A stretch of 60,712 nt of DNA, filler included. It is 6 parts of 6 records of this genome, joined end to end, with 100 filler letters (N's around TTAATTAATTAA, not from the genome) between each part and the next. Parts side by side here need not be neighbours in the genome. Positions count along the whole stretch, not along the records: positions 17,307 to 25,907 come from SRR31156797_27852; positions 26,008 to 32,543 come from SRR31156797_27854; 4 more parts are not named here. The stretch is one strand, 5' to 3'. Below are positions 19,742 through 29,649 of the stretch, piece by piece. The translations under genes and the position numbers were made by a program. The notes beneath the pieces were generated by a model. The model did no database searches, was not told the origin of the DNA, and was given only the letters and a program-made list of their open reading frames with translations. Within the stretch, counting starts at the first letter, position 1. Each line of letters starts with the position of its first letter.

Positions 19742-21574
19742 TCAAACGGGGAAGGAGAGTCTGAAGCAGCAGCCGGCTCTCCCTTCCTCCTGCAAAAGAG
19801 AAATATCGCCGCCGTTTCGTTTCAGAATGTTGTAGCACAGGGAGAGCCCCAACCCGTAATTGGATCCCATGGTTTTGGTCGACTTGAAGGGCAGAAAGAC
19901 ATCGTTGGGATCTTCAAAGAGGATACCGGGGCCGTCGTCACGGAACAGGAGAAGGACCGTTCCCTCCCGGAGAATCAGATCCAGCCGGATCTCCCCGCCG
20001 GCGCTGAGGACCTCAAAGGAATTCTTGAAGAGATTCAGAAGGACCTGCTTAAACTCGTTTCTGTTCATTCTTACGGAAAAGCCGTTCTCTTCGCTAAAGG
20101 TGAATTTGATCCTGATATCCTTCTCTCTGCCGTTGTAACGGATCATATTGATGATCTTCCGTATTTCATCGACGGCATCGAATCTCTCGGCGCTGCACTT
20201 CTGGTTCTCCGAAAAGGAGACCAGGTTCCCGATGACCTGTGAAATATAATTGATCTGTTCGAACAGATAGTCGAAGATGGCCGGCTTCTCATCCTCGGCG
20301 ACCTTCTCCATCTTAAAGGATTCGAGATAGTTGGAGATGACCCCCAGCGGATTGTTTATCTCGTGAGCCACTCCGGCGGCCAGGAGGCCGAGAGACGCGA
20401 GCTTCTCGGAAAGGACGAGCTGGTCTCTCAAACGCTCCCTTTCGGTGATGTCCTCGATAATAAACATATTGCCGATGAGAATCCCTCCGTCCAAGATCGG
20501 AAAAACGGCGACATTCACCGTATAGGCGACGGCGTTCAGGCTGAGGGGAAGGTTGTACCGGGAACAGCTCTCCCTGAGCTCCTGGGCCTCATTCAGCAAC
20601 GTCACGATATCGGGATTTCCCTGGAAAAGCTCTTCCACGCTTATGTTCCGGAGTTCCGACTGGCTGTCCAGCCCCAGGAATTCCATGGCGCTTTCGTTCA
20701 CCATCCTGATCCTGTGATCGTAGTTGCTCACGATAAGGCTTATGGGAAGCTGCTTGAGGATGACCTCGTTGTATTTGAGAAGCTTACTGAATTCATGGGC
20801 CTGGGCCTGTTCGTCTTCCAGCCTCGAGAACTGGGTATAGGCCATTTTTATCAAACTGATCTTATCCAGCTCGCGTATGTCATCGCTTATAATGACCTTC
20901 CCCTTTCTCACGACGCTCACCCGGTCGGCGATCATGTAAAGGTCATCGATCCGGTGGGTGATGAAAAGGATCAGCGAACCCTTTTCCTTCAGGCTCCTGA
21001 GGATCTGGATGACCCGTTCAAGCCCCTGGGCCGACAGCTTCTCCAGGGCCTCGTCCAGGATAAGGACCTTCGGAGGAAAATAGAGATTCTTGACGATGCT
21101 GAGGAGCGCCCGGTCCGACAGCTCGAGGCTTGAGACCTTTGCCTTGGGATTCAGATGGATGCGGCTCTCCCTGAAATAAGCCTCGGTCAGCCTGGTCACT
21201 TTTTTCTGACTGAAGGAGGCGCCCCTGGACTGGAACTCCTTCTTGTTGGCAATGAACATATTCTCAGCTACCGTAAGGGAGTCGTTGAGCTGCATCTTTT
21301 GGAAGACCATCCGAACCCCTGCGTCGATGCTCTCCTTGTAACTCATCCGAGAGTAGGGTTCGCCCTGAAAATAGACCGCTCCCGTATCCGGAGAGATCAG
21401 GTGGGAGACCGTCATCGCAAGGGTGGACTTACCCGCTCCGTGTTCGCCGACCACCGCATGGATCTCTCCCGCGCGGAAGGACAGGCTGATGCGGTCCAGA
21501 GCCTTGATGGCGCCGAATCTGATTGAAACATCCCTCAGCTCCAGAAGGATTTCGGGGGGCTTATTCGATGCCAT
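19742..21574 (-). CDS. ABC-ATPase domain-PAS-histidine kinase fusion protein
   Basis: aa 1-245: GEHGAGKST, VFQ, LILDEA, FITHR. Then a PAS-like region ending IEDITERE, H-box GVAHEINNPL, N-box QVLLNLFKNS, DDGPG and GLGLSLC. No transmembrane helix is evident. Confidence 0.9.
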   Translation of the reverse strand: MASNKPPEILLELRDVSIRFGAIKALDRISLSFRAGEIHAVVGEHGAGKSTLAMTVSHLISPDTGAVYFQGEPYSRMSYKESIDAGVRMVFQKMQLNDSLTVAENMFIANKKEFQSRGASFSQKKVTRLTEAYFRESRIHLNPKAKVSSLELSDRALLSIVKNLYFPPKVLILDEALEKLSAQGLERVIQILRSLKEKGSLILFITHRIDDLYMIADRVSVVRKGKVIISDDIRELDKISLIKMAYTQFSRLEDEQAQAHEFSKLLKYNEVILKQLPISLIVSNYDHRIRMVNESAMEFLGLDSQSELRNISVEELFQGNPDIVTLLNEAQELRESCSRYNLPLSLNAVAYTVNVAVFPILDGGILIGNMFIIEDITERERLRDQLVLSEKLASLGLLAAGVAHEINNPLGVISNYLESFKMEKVAEDEKPAIFDYLFEQINYISQVIGNLVSFSENQKCSAERFDAVDEIRKIINMIRYNGREKDIRIKFTFSEENGFSVRMNRNEFKQVLLNLFKNSFEVLSAGGEIRLDLILREGTVLLLFRDDGPGILFEDPNDVFLPFKSTKTMGSNYGLGLSLCYNILKRNGGDISLLQEEGRAGCCFRLSFPV

Positions 21575-22886
21575 ACTTCCTCATCTTGCTGTAGAGGGTC
21601 GTCCGGCTCATATTCAGGGTCCGGGCGACCTTCTTCTTATTAAACTGGGACCTTTTCAATTCGCTGATGATGATCTCCTTCTCCGAGAGATCCAGGACAC
21701 CCAGGCCTTCGGAGCCGGAGACATGTTCCCGGATCCTGGCCGGGAGATCGGAGGTTCTTATGATGCCGTCTTCCGTAAGGGCGCAGGCATACTGGAGAGC
21801 GTTTTTCAACTCTCTGATATTACCGGGCCAGTCATAGGCGAACATCCTTTCCCGCACCTCATTATCCAGGAGGAAGGGGCGTCCCAGGCTCTGAGAGTTC
21901 TCCTTCAGGAAGGTTTCCGCCAGTATGCCGATATCCGACAGCCGATCCCTCAGAGGCGGTATGGCGACGGTCGCCGCATTCAGTCTGAAAAAAAGATCCT
22001 GCCTGAACTTCTTCTGAAGTATCAGATCCTCAAGATTCTTGTTTGTGGCGGAGATGATCCTGACGTTGACCTTGATAAGCTCTTTGCCGCCCAGCCTGTA
22101 GAGTTCCTGATTCTGCAGTACCCGCAGGACCTTCGCCTGAACCTCCAGAGACATATCCCCTATTTCGTCCAGGAAAAGGGTGCCCCCGTCCGCCCTTTCG
22201 AACACACCCTTATAGAGGCTGTCGGCGCCTGTATAGGCCCCCTTCTCATGTCCGAAGAGCTCGTTATCCAGCAGGTTGTCGGGAAAGGCCGCGCAATTGA
22301 TCTTAATGAATGCCTGCGAAAACCTGCCGCTTCGCCCGTAGATATAGTTTGCGAACAGCTCCTTTCCCGTTCCGTTCTCGCCATACAAGAGGATGGGGAT
22401 ATTCGCGGAGGTCAGCTTCCCTATCTCTTTTTTCAGGCTGTTCACAAGCGGATCGTTACTCACTATTTTAAAGGTTTTCCCGCCCGCGCCCGCCGGCACC
22501 GTAACCTTTGAGAAAGCGGCCTGACGTCCGGACAGGTTCTTCTCGATAACCCTGACAAACTGATCATAGGACACGGGCTTCTGAATGTAATCGGCCGCCC
22601 CCTTCTTCATGGACTCAACGGCCGTCTCGATGGTTCCGAAGCCCGTCAGCATGACAACGGGGATATGGGGATACTCCCTCAGCATACTACCCAGGAGATC
22701 GATCCCCGAGTCATTGCCCAGGCGGATATCCAGGAGGGTGAGCTCCGGGGCCTCCCTCTTCAGCAGAGCGAAGGCCTCTTCCCGACCGGCCGCGGGGAGC
22801 ACCCTATAGCGCTCATCGCTCAGCATGCGGACCAGGCTCATCCTGAACTGTTCGTTATCATCGACAAGAAGAATTTTAATGGACAA
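21561..22886 (-). CDS. Sigma54-dependent NtrC-family response regulator
   Basis: Receiver (LLVDD, LLDIRL, MLTG, QKP), AAA+ (GENGTGKE, ELFGHEKGAYTGA, LFLDEIG, WPGNIREL) and Fis-type HTH. Overlaps the kinase start by 14 nt. Confidence 0.95.
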   Translation of the reverse strand: MSIKILLVDDNEQFRMSLVRMLSDERYRVLPAAGREEAFALLKREAPELTLLDIRLGNDSGIDLLGSMLREYPHIPVVMLTGFGTIETAVESMKKGAADYIQKPVSYDQFVRVIEKNLSGRQAAFSKVTVPAGAGGKTFKIVSNDPLVNSLKKEIGKLTSANIPILLYGENGTGKELFANYIYGRSGRFSQAFIKINCAAFPDNLLDNELFGHEKGAYTGADSLYKGVFERADGGTLFLDEIGDMSLEVQAKVLRVLQNQELYRLGGKELIKVNVRIISATNKNLEDLILQKKFRQDLFFRLNAATVAIPPLRDRLSDIGILAETFLKENSQSLGRPFLLDNEVRERMFAYDWPGNIRELKNALQYACALTEDGIIRTSDLPARIREHVSGSEGLGVLDLSEKEIIISELKRSQFNKKKVARTLNMSRTTLYSKMRKYGIE

Positions 22887-23176
22887 TGCTCAGCTCCTGC
22901 GCCGGTCGGATGCGGAGGATCCGGCATCCCCGTATATTGGCATTACAAACCTTCCCTGCCGTTCCACGGCTTTCGATATCCTGAACGGCCGACGGCGTGC
23001 TGTCATGATAAACGCATAGAACCCGGCCGTCAATGTTTATTAAACATTTACTTAATTTCAACTAAAACTCATGCTTACGGAGATAATATAATGTTTTTCT
23101 TTACAACAGTCCCCCCGTTGCCTAGTCTTATTAGAAGCAAACAATTGATCTGAATTTGATCTTCGAGGATAGAGTC

Positions 23177-24364
23177 ATGCCCTCAGGTATTCCCAGCTAT
23201 TTCGCCCCGGCGGAACGGGATGATGACATTGCCATACATTCTGAACTCCAACTGATTATGGAGAATCCCATTCTGGATACCCTTCTCTCATCCATAGGCG
23301 GTCTGGTGGCGGTTCTCAACGACAAAAGACAGATCCTGATGGTCAACCAGGTCCTTTTGAACCAGCTGGGAATCAGGGATATCGACTGCATACTCGGACA
23401 GAGACTGGGAGAGGCGGCGGAATGCGTCCATGCCCATGACATGGCAGGGGGCTGCGGTACGGGCCCCTACTGCGCCACCTGCGGAGCCGTTATTGCGATG
23501 GAATCGACCCGGCTGGAGCAGAAGCCCTTTGAAGCGAAATGCTATATAGAAAAGGACGACCGCGGGCAATCCGTCGATCTGAGCTTCAGCGTCCGCACGA
23601 GCCCGGTCTGCGTTGAAGGATTGGAACTCATTCTCATCATTCTGAGGGATATTTCATCGGAAGAACGCTGGAACATGCTGGAAAGGACGTTTTTCCATGA
23701 TCTGAATAATATCATCGGCTCTCTGACAGGCTCGATGGAGATGATGAAGCTGGGAAGCAGGGGGAAGAAGAGCCGGGAGGTACAGCAGCTCCAGAGATCC
23801 GCCCAGAGGCTGGTGGAAGAGGTGGCCGTCCACAGGGTACTCTGTGAGGACGAAGGCTACAGGGAGTTAACCGGCAAAGAGTACTTCCCTGTGGAAGAGC
23901 TGACCGGAGCCCTGACGCTTCAGTATTCATCCCACCCGGTCGGCCGGGGAAAGACCCTTGAACTAGAGCGTCATGATGGCAATCGGATGATCTACTCCAA
24001 CAAGACTCTCATACTGAGGGTGTTGGGAAACATACTGACCAATGCCTTCGAGGCCACGGGCAGGGCGGGCCGGATCCTGTTCAGTACGGAAGACAGGGGG
24101 GAGGCCGTTGTTTTTTCGGTGTGGAACGACCAGCACATCCCGGAGAAGCATGCATTGAGGGTCTTCCAGAGGAACTACAGCACAAAGGCGGAGAAGGGCC
24201 GCGGCCTGGGCACATTCGGAATGAAACTGTTCGGCGAGAAGATACTGGGCGGGAAGGTTGATTTCACAAGCTCTCCGGAAGAGGGAACGACCTTCCGCTT
24301 CACCCTTCCCCTGAACACGGCGGACAGCGGCCCGAAGAACGAGAGATCGAATCATAATCATTAA
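23177..24364 (+). CDS. Soluble histidine kinase with a Cys-rich PAS-like input domain
   Basis: CVHA...GCGTGPYCATC inside a PAS-like region. FFHDLNN H-box, NILTNAFEA, FQRNYSTK, GRGLGTF. Confidence 0.85.
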   Translation: MPSGIPSYFAPAERDDDIAIHSELQLIMENPILDTLLSSIGGLVAVLNDKRQILMVNQVLLNQLGIRDIDCILGQRLGEAAECVHAHDMAGGCGTGPYCATCGAVIAMESTRLEQKPFEAKCYIEKDDRGQSVDLSFSVRTSPVCVEGLELILIILRDISSEERWNMLERTFFHDLNNIIGSLTGSMEMMKLGSRGKKSREVQQLQRSAQRLVEEVAVHRVLCEDEGYRELTGKEYFPVEELTGALTLQYSSHPVGRGKTLELERHDGNRMIYSNKTLILRVLGNILTNAFEATGRAGRILFSTEDRGEAVVFSVWNDQHIPEKHALRVFQRNYSTKAEKGRGLGTFGMKLFGEKILGGKVDFTSSPEEGTTFRFTLPLNTADSGPKNERSNHNH

Positions 24365-24466
24365 TAAACTCATATTTATAATTAATATTGGATAAGCTCC
24401 GGAAGAACGATTATTCTATAAGTTACGATCGCTTATTTATCGTCAGCGCGTTCAAGGAGTTAAACA

Positions 24467-25907
24467 GTGAAACAGATGAAAGTCAGAACCAAGCTTCTGC
24501 TCAGCTTTTCCGCCCTGATCGCTTTTTCCGTCATCATAAGCCTTTCCGGATCCATGGGCATCAATACCCTGAAAAAGCAGTGTCTGGTAGAATCGGAGAT
24601 CACATCGGCCATGAACCATGTCCAGAACATGCAGTCAGATTCCCTGAGATTCGTCATCTACGGCAAAGATTCCTATATGGAAAATATGGCCGCGGAATTC
24701 GAGTCGGTCAAAACGGTTACGCAAAGGCTCCTTCTCGAGATCGACAACACCGCCCTTCTCAAGCAGATAAAAGATCTGGAAGAGGCCGCAGGGGAGTATC
24801 TGGAGCGCAACATGGAATTCTACGCCCTTCACCAGGAACTGAATGCCATCTCCCAGGCCAGAGAGGCATCGGCGGCGCTGATTCTGGAAACCACGGAGGA
24901 TCTGATCCATCGCTACCAGTCATCGGAGAACAACATAGAAATCCTCTTTCAGGCTGAAAAGGCCCTTATGGAGGTCCATCGCTTTCACAACAGCGCCTAT
25001 CTCTACCTTTTGAGCAACGACAGGCAGGCGAAAGAGGGCCATCTCTCCGACTGGCTGACGGGGACGGAAGAAGCAAGGGCGAGCTTCTCCGCCCTGAACC
25101 GCTCCCTGGGCAATGGGAACCGGGAGATCCTGAATGCTCTGGAAGAGTTTGACAGCTACAGGGATAACGTCAGGCTCTTTACGTCTGTGGAGCAGGAGCA
25201 GAAGGCGCTGATGCCCAGGGCGAAGGAAGCGGCGGGCAAGGTCGTTCAAAGCGGAGAGACCGCCATCCTGAGCATCAGACAGACCATGGACGAGGCCATC
25301 CGCAACAACCTTATCATCAATATGGCTATCCTGCTGGTCATCATACTGTTCAGCTCTGTGATCAGCATAGTCCTTACCCGGTCGCTGACCCGACAGCTCG
25401 GCGGGGAACCCTATGAGATCATGGACATCGCCCATGAGATCTCCACGGGAAACCTGGCTCTCAGTTTTTCGGCCGGAAAGAAGACGGGAGTCTACCACTC
25501 CATGCATGAGATGACCCTCAAGCTGAGGGAGATCGTCGAATCCATCATCCGCTCGTCCTCAGAGGTTTCCAAGGGAAGCGAGCAGATCGCCGCCTCCTCC
25601 GAGGAAATTTCCGCAGGCACCAGCGAGCAGGCCTCCAATATGGAGGAGGTCTCCGCCTCCCTCCAGCAGCTCACGGCCAATATCCAGCAGAATTCGGAGA
25701 ACGCCCAGCAGTCCAGCCTGATGGCGACACAGGTCTCCCGGGATTCCAGGGAGGGCAGCCAGGCCGTATCCGAAACCCTGACAGCCATGACCGACATCGC
25801 CGAGAAGATATCGATCATCGAAGAGATCGCCCGGAGCACGAACATGCTCGCCCTTAACGCCGCCATCGAAGCGGCCCGGGCCGGCGAGGCGGGCAAGGGA
25901 TTTGCCG
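24467..25907 (+). CDS. Methyl-accepting chemotaxis protein, 3' truncated
   Basis: Two TM helices, LGGEP HAMP-like segment and [30 protein letters not shown] signalling motif. Confidence 0.95.
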
Positions 25908-26116
25908 NNNNNNNNNNNNNNNNNNNNNNNNNNNNNNNNNNNNNNNNNNNNTTAATTAATTAANNNNNNNNNNNNNNNNNNNNNNNNNNNNNNNNNNNNN
26001 NNNNNNNATAGTCGTAATTTCATTTTCTTTGATCTTTGAATTGCTTCCCGCTGATTACTCGGACAAACGCAAATTTTACCTGAGTTCATTTACGCAATCA
26101 GCGAACAGTATTTTAT

Positions 26117-27559
26117 TTATTCACCCTGATGTTTTGTTTTACCTCGGCGGGCAACCAAAGCTTCGCGGATTTCATGTGCTTTTTCTTCCGTGATATTATA
26201 CTTCCAAATAATGAGAATCGCTATGGAAGCCGTAACAATTGGAATTACAATATCTGCAATGCGCAGGTTTATCAGAGCTTCTGTCGATTGCTGATCGATA
26301 GTTTGGTCGAAACCAACAGCCTGCAATACCATACCACTGGACAGGAGCGCCAGAGCTGTCCCCAGCTTTACCATCCACCAGTAAACGGCACCAAACATTC
26401 CTTCGCGACGTTCGCCGTTATTTAATTCATCCAGGTCGCAAACATCGGCAGTCATCGACATCATGAGAGTAAAAAGTCCTCCAATTCCGAATGAAAGAAA
26501 TGGTATAGGCATAAAAATTAACCATGGATTTTCGGGATTGAAACCCCACCATTTCAAAGCATAACCAATAATCGAAATAAGTGTGGCTACAATAAAAGCT
26601 CTTTTCTTTCCAAGCTTTTCTGACATTTTTGTAACAATCGGAATTACAACAAAGGCAGTGGCTATTGCACTCATTGTTCCAAACCAGGCCGGCCAGGTTC
26701 CCGATGCTACTTTATCGCCCTGAAACAGGTAGTAAACAATAATAAACATGGCAAACTGTGCGATAGTCTGAAATCCGTTGAAGATGAAAAAAGTTGCGCC
26801 ACAGAGTCTCATAAACTGGCTGTTATTAACTGTCAACATTATACCTTTTAAAAATTCTTTGATATTAACAGCCAACTCTTTCCACGACAAACTAGCCATT
26901 TTATCTTTATCAGGCACAATCATTTCTTTGTTGAAAAACGCTGGTAAAATTCCTAGCACCATACAAATGGCTCCTACCCAAATTGCCAACTGACGTGCTC
27001 CTTCAGGAGCCGATGCAAAAATATCCGGATCGTAAATAATTACCCAAAACCAGGGAGCGATCATCCAGGCCACCTGCCCCATCCACTGCGAAACGGCCAT
27101 CAGCCGCGTGCGTTCGTTATAGTCTGGTGTCATTTCGTAACCCAGCCCAATTAATGGTGTGGCAAAGATGGTATAACCAATGTAGAAAAAGATGGATACA
27201 ATTAGAAAATAAACAAAGTTATAGGTTTGCGAATTTTCGGGATTTAGCTGCCACATTATCATAAAAGCAACACCAGTAATTACACTACCCAGCAAAATAT
27301 ATGGTTTTCTGCGCCCCCATTTCGAACGGGTATTGTCAGAAATAAATCCCATAATCGGATCGGTAAGCGCATCGAGTAAGCGCGGCAAAGCACCAAGTAT
27401 TCCGGCCAACACCGGGTTCATATTTAGCGACATTACCAGCACAACCATAAAAACTCCCAGAGCTGCCGGGAATAGTTGGTTCGCTAAATGACCTGAGCCA
27501 AATGCCAGTTTCTGCCCAAAGGGAACGATGTCTTCGTTTGCTGTTTTGTAATGTGCCAT
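26117..27559 (-). CDS. MFS transporter, glycoside-pentoside-hexuronide (MelB-like) family
   Basis: DALTDPIMGFISDNTRSKWGRRKPY, EMTPDYNERTRL, SMTADVCD...RREGMF. Confidence 0.9.
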   Translation of the reverse strand: MAHYKTANEDIVPFGQKLAFGSGHLANQLFPAALGVFMVVLVMSLNMNPVLAGILGALPRLLDALTDPIMGFISDNTRSKWGRRKPYILLGSVITGVAFMIMWQLNPENSQTYNFVYFLIVSIFFYIGYTIFATPLIGLGYEMTPDYNERTRLMAVSQWMGQVAWMIAPWFWVIIYDPDIFASAPEGARQLAIWVGAICMVLGILPAFFNKEMIVPDKDKMASLSWKELAVNIKEFLKGIMLTVNNSQFMRLCGATFFIFNGFQTIAQFAMFIIVYYLFQGDKVASGTWPAWFGTMSAIATAFVVIPIVTKMSEKLGKKRAFIVATLISIIGYALKWWGFNPENPWLIFMPIPFLSFGIGGLFTLMMSMTADVCDLDELNNGERREGMFGAVYWWMVKLGTALALLSSGMVLQAVGFDQTIDQQSTEALINLRIADIVIPIVTASIAILIIWKYNITEEKAHEIREALVARRGKTKHQGE

Positions 27560-27613
27560 AAGTTTTGTTTTATCGGTTATTGTTGGTTATTGAATCTTTC
27601 TATTGTTGGTTTT

Positions 27614-27670
27614 ACCACCCCACCATCGCTTCGCTCGGCACCCCTCCTTTTCTTCGAATAAGAGGGGGAT
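27614..27670. repeat. REP-like palindromic intergenic element
   Basis: ACCACCCC...CGCTTCGCTCGGCACCCCTCCTTTTC-TTC-GAATAAGAGGGGGA, a GC-rich double hairpin in an AT-rich context. Confidence 0.5.
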
Positions 27671-27683
27671 TTTCGTGCTCCTT

Positions 27684-28757
27684 TCACTGCTTCATTACCA
27701 ATTTAGGCTTCCTGTTAACAGTATAAAGTCCCCAGTGCTTTTCAGCACCGAACGGATTTCCCGGATCGCCTTTCCAGTCTTCATCAAAAGCTTCGAAGAA
27801 AAAAGTCGTAATATTCATTTCTTTCGTCCAGTCCATCAGCTCGTTGTAGTACTGCAATTGTTTTTCCTCGTTGGCCCGTTCTCCAAATTCTGAAGCCACT
27901 GATGCCCACCCCACCTCACTAATAACAATGGTAGCATTGGACAGCGAATCGCGCACACGCTGCAGGTTTTCGATGGAATACGACAGCCCTTCATCAATTG
28001 TTTTACCTTCCCATACCGGGTAAATGTGTACAGCTATAAAATCAACTACTGTGGCCAGTTTTTGGCCATGGTCAGCCCACCACACATAATTATCGGCTAC
28101 GGTAACCGGCTGTTCAATTTCAGCTTGTATACGCTGGCAATAAGAAATAATGGTATCCACATCCACTTTATGATCATTCCAGTCAACCAGTGCTTCGTTT
28201 CCAACATTTACTGCTACAATAATTTCAGGATACTCATTTGCCAAATCAATTCCACGCTGAATTTCCTGCAAATTAACCTGCTTATTATTAGCAAGCATTT
28301 CCTGCGGAATAGGCTTGGTAAGCCAGGCACAGGTTTCATGAGCACTCAACTCTGCATTTAGCCATATGCCAAGCATTACTTCAATATCCAACTGATTTTC
28401 TTTTATAAGACGTAGAACAGCCTGCGAATTTTCTCCCGAATCGTACAAGCGAATCAGCTTAAAATCCATGTCGTTGGTAATAAGCTGGAGGTCTTCCAAT
28501 ATTTCTTCATCGCTGGGATTTATAGCACCGTCGCCTCGATCGGGGTGTTGGTAACTACGAAATCCAGAGTAGCAAACAGCAGAGTGGATACCAGCCAACA
28601 ATTCTTTCTTTCTTTGTTGGAGGGTATTTAGCGAGGTTTCAGATTTCTCTTGTATCATTTTTCCTTTTTTGGGGTTTGGCGAACAGGCGGATATCAATAT
28701 CAAAAAAAGTATAAACACACCGCCAATTATTTGCAAACACATCCTATTATACTTCAT
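27684..28757 (-). CDS. GH17 beta-1,3-glucanase/transglycosylase, predicted lipoprotein
   Basis: Lipobox LISAC after the start at 28757. IRLYD, AVNVGNEAL, HIYPVWEG, ISEVGWAS, FEAFDEDWK, HWGL. Confidence 0.85.
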   Translation of the reverse strand: MKYNRMCLQIIGGVFILFLILISACSPNPKKGKMIQEKSETSLNTLQQRKKELLAGIHSAVCYSGFRSYQHPDRGDGAINPSDEEILEDLQLITNDMDFKLIRLYDSGENSQAVLRLIKENQLDIEVMLGIWLNAELSAHETCAWLTKPIPQEMLANNKQVNLQEIQRGIDLANEYPEIIVAVNVGNEALVDWNDHKVDVDTIISYCQRIQAEIEQPVTVADNYVWWADHGQKLATVVDFIAVHIYPVWEGKTIDEGLSYSIENLQRVRDSLSNATIVISEVGWASVASEFGERANEEKQLQYYNELMDWTKEMNITTFFFEAFDEDWKGDPGNPFGAEKHWGLYTVNRKPKLVMKQ

Positions 28758-29637
28758 ATTTTTTGACTCCTTTTTTATCCCAAATTCCCCAATACGCGCC
28801 AACATCACCTTCTGTATCAATTTTCCAGTTTTCGTCGAAAGAAGAGAAATACATAATCTCAATATTGTCTTCTTTGCTCCACTTTTGGGTATTTATGAAA
28901 TAGCGCAAAGCATTTTCTGTTGAAGGTTCCGACCCTTCGAATGCTGTACCTTTATTCGGCCATCCCGTTTCGCTAATAATCAACCTTTTACCTTTAGTAG
29001 CCTGAAGTGCGCCGTAATACATATTTTTCATATACATATGCGAGTAATCAATATGACAGCCTTCCCAAAACGGGTAGCAGTTGGCAAAAATTACGTCGCA
29101 GGCATCGGTTACGGCAGGCCGGTTAATAAACTCGTAGTAAGCATCAACATAACCCACCTGTGTATTGGGGAGCAATGCTTTTACCCTGTTAATATATTTG
29201 ATCAACTCTTCCTCCGTCATCTCTTCGCGGTAAAGCACTTCATTCCCAACTGCTACCAAGTCGGCATTTCCTGCGTTTACAACTTTTACCAGAGCCTCAA
29301 TTTCTTTATCATTTTTTTCTTTATCGTCGCTCAGCCAGGCCCCCACCATAACTTTCAAACCATTCTCTTTAGCAATGGTCGGAATCAGTTCGTTGCCATC
29401 GGTACACGAAAATGTGCGTACCCATTTGGTGTAAGGTTTAATGATTTCTATTCTGCGACTGATTTGCTCCTCTGAGATTATCGATCCAGGTTTTTGTCCA
29501 TCTTCGTAAGCACTAAAGCACAGTCCGTGTATGCCTTCGTTTAATAGCTGGCTACATATTATCTTCAAATCTTCAACTGTTTTTTGCTGAAAGTCTTCGC
29601 CTATAAGCGATAGTATTTTTTCACTTCTGAATGACAT
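28747..29637 (-). CDS. GH17 beta-1,3-glucanase without signal peptide
   Basis: WVRTFSC, VAVGNEVL, NCYPFWEG, ISETGWP, FSSFDENWK, YWGIWD. Confidence 0.88.
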   Translation of the reverse strand: MSFRSEKILSLIGEDFQQKTVEDLKIICSQLLNEGIHGLCFSAYEDGQKPGSIISEEQISRRIEIIKPYTKWVRTFSCTDGNELIPTIAKENGLKVMVGAWLSDDKEKNDKEIEALVKVVNAGNADLVAVGNEVLYREEMTEEELIKYINRVKALLPNTQVGYVDAYYEFINRPAVTDACDVIFANCYPFWEGCHIDYSHMYMKNMYYGALQATKGKRLIISETGWPNKGTAFEGSEPSTENALRYFINTQKWSKEDNIEIMYFSSFDENWKIDTEGDVGAYWGIWDKKGVKKYEV

Positions 29638-29649
29638 TACTATTCTTGG

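Noticed and set aside
28758-28862. Extended start of the second GH17
   Set aside because: Lies inside the upstream GH17. Starting at 28757 yields a proper lipoprotein signal.
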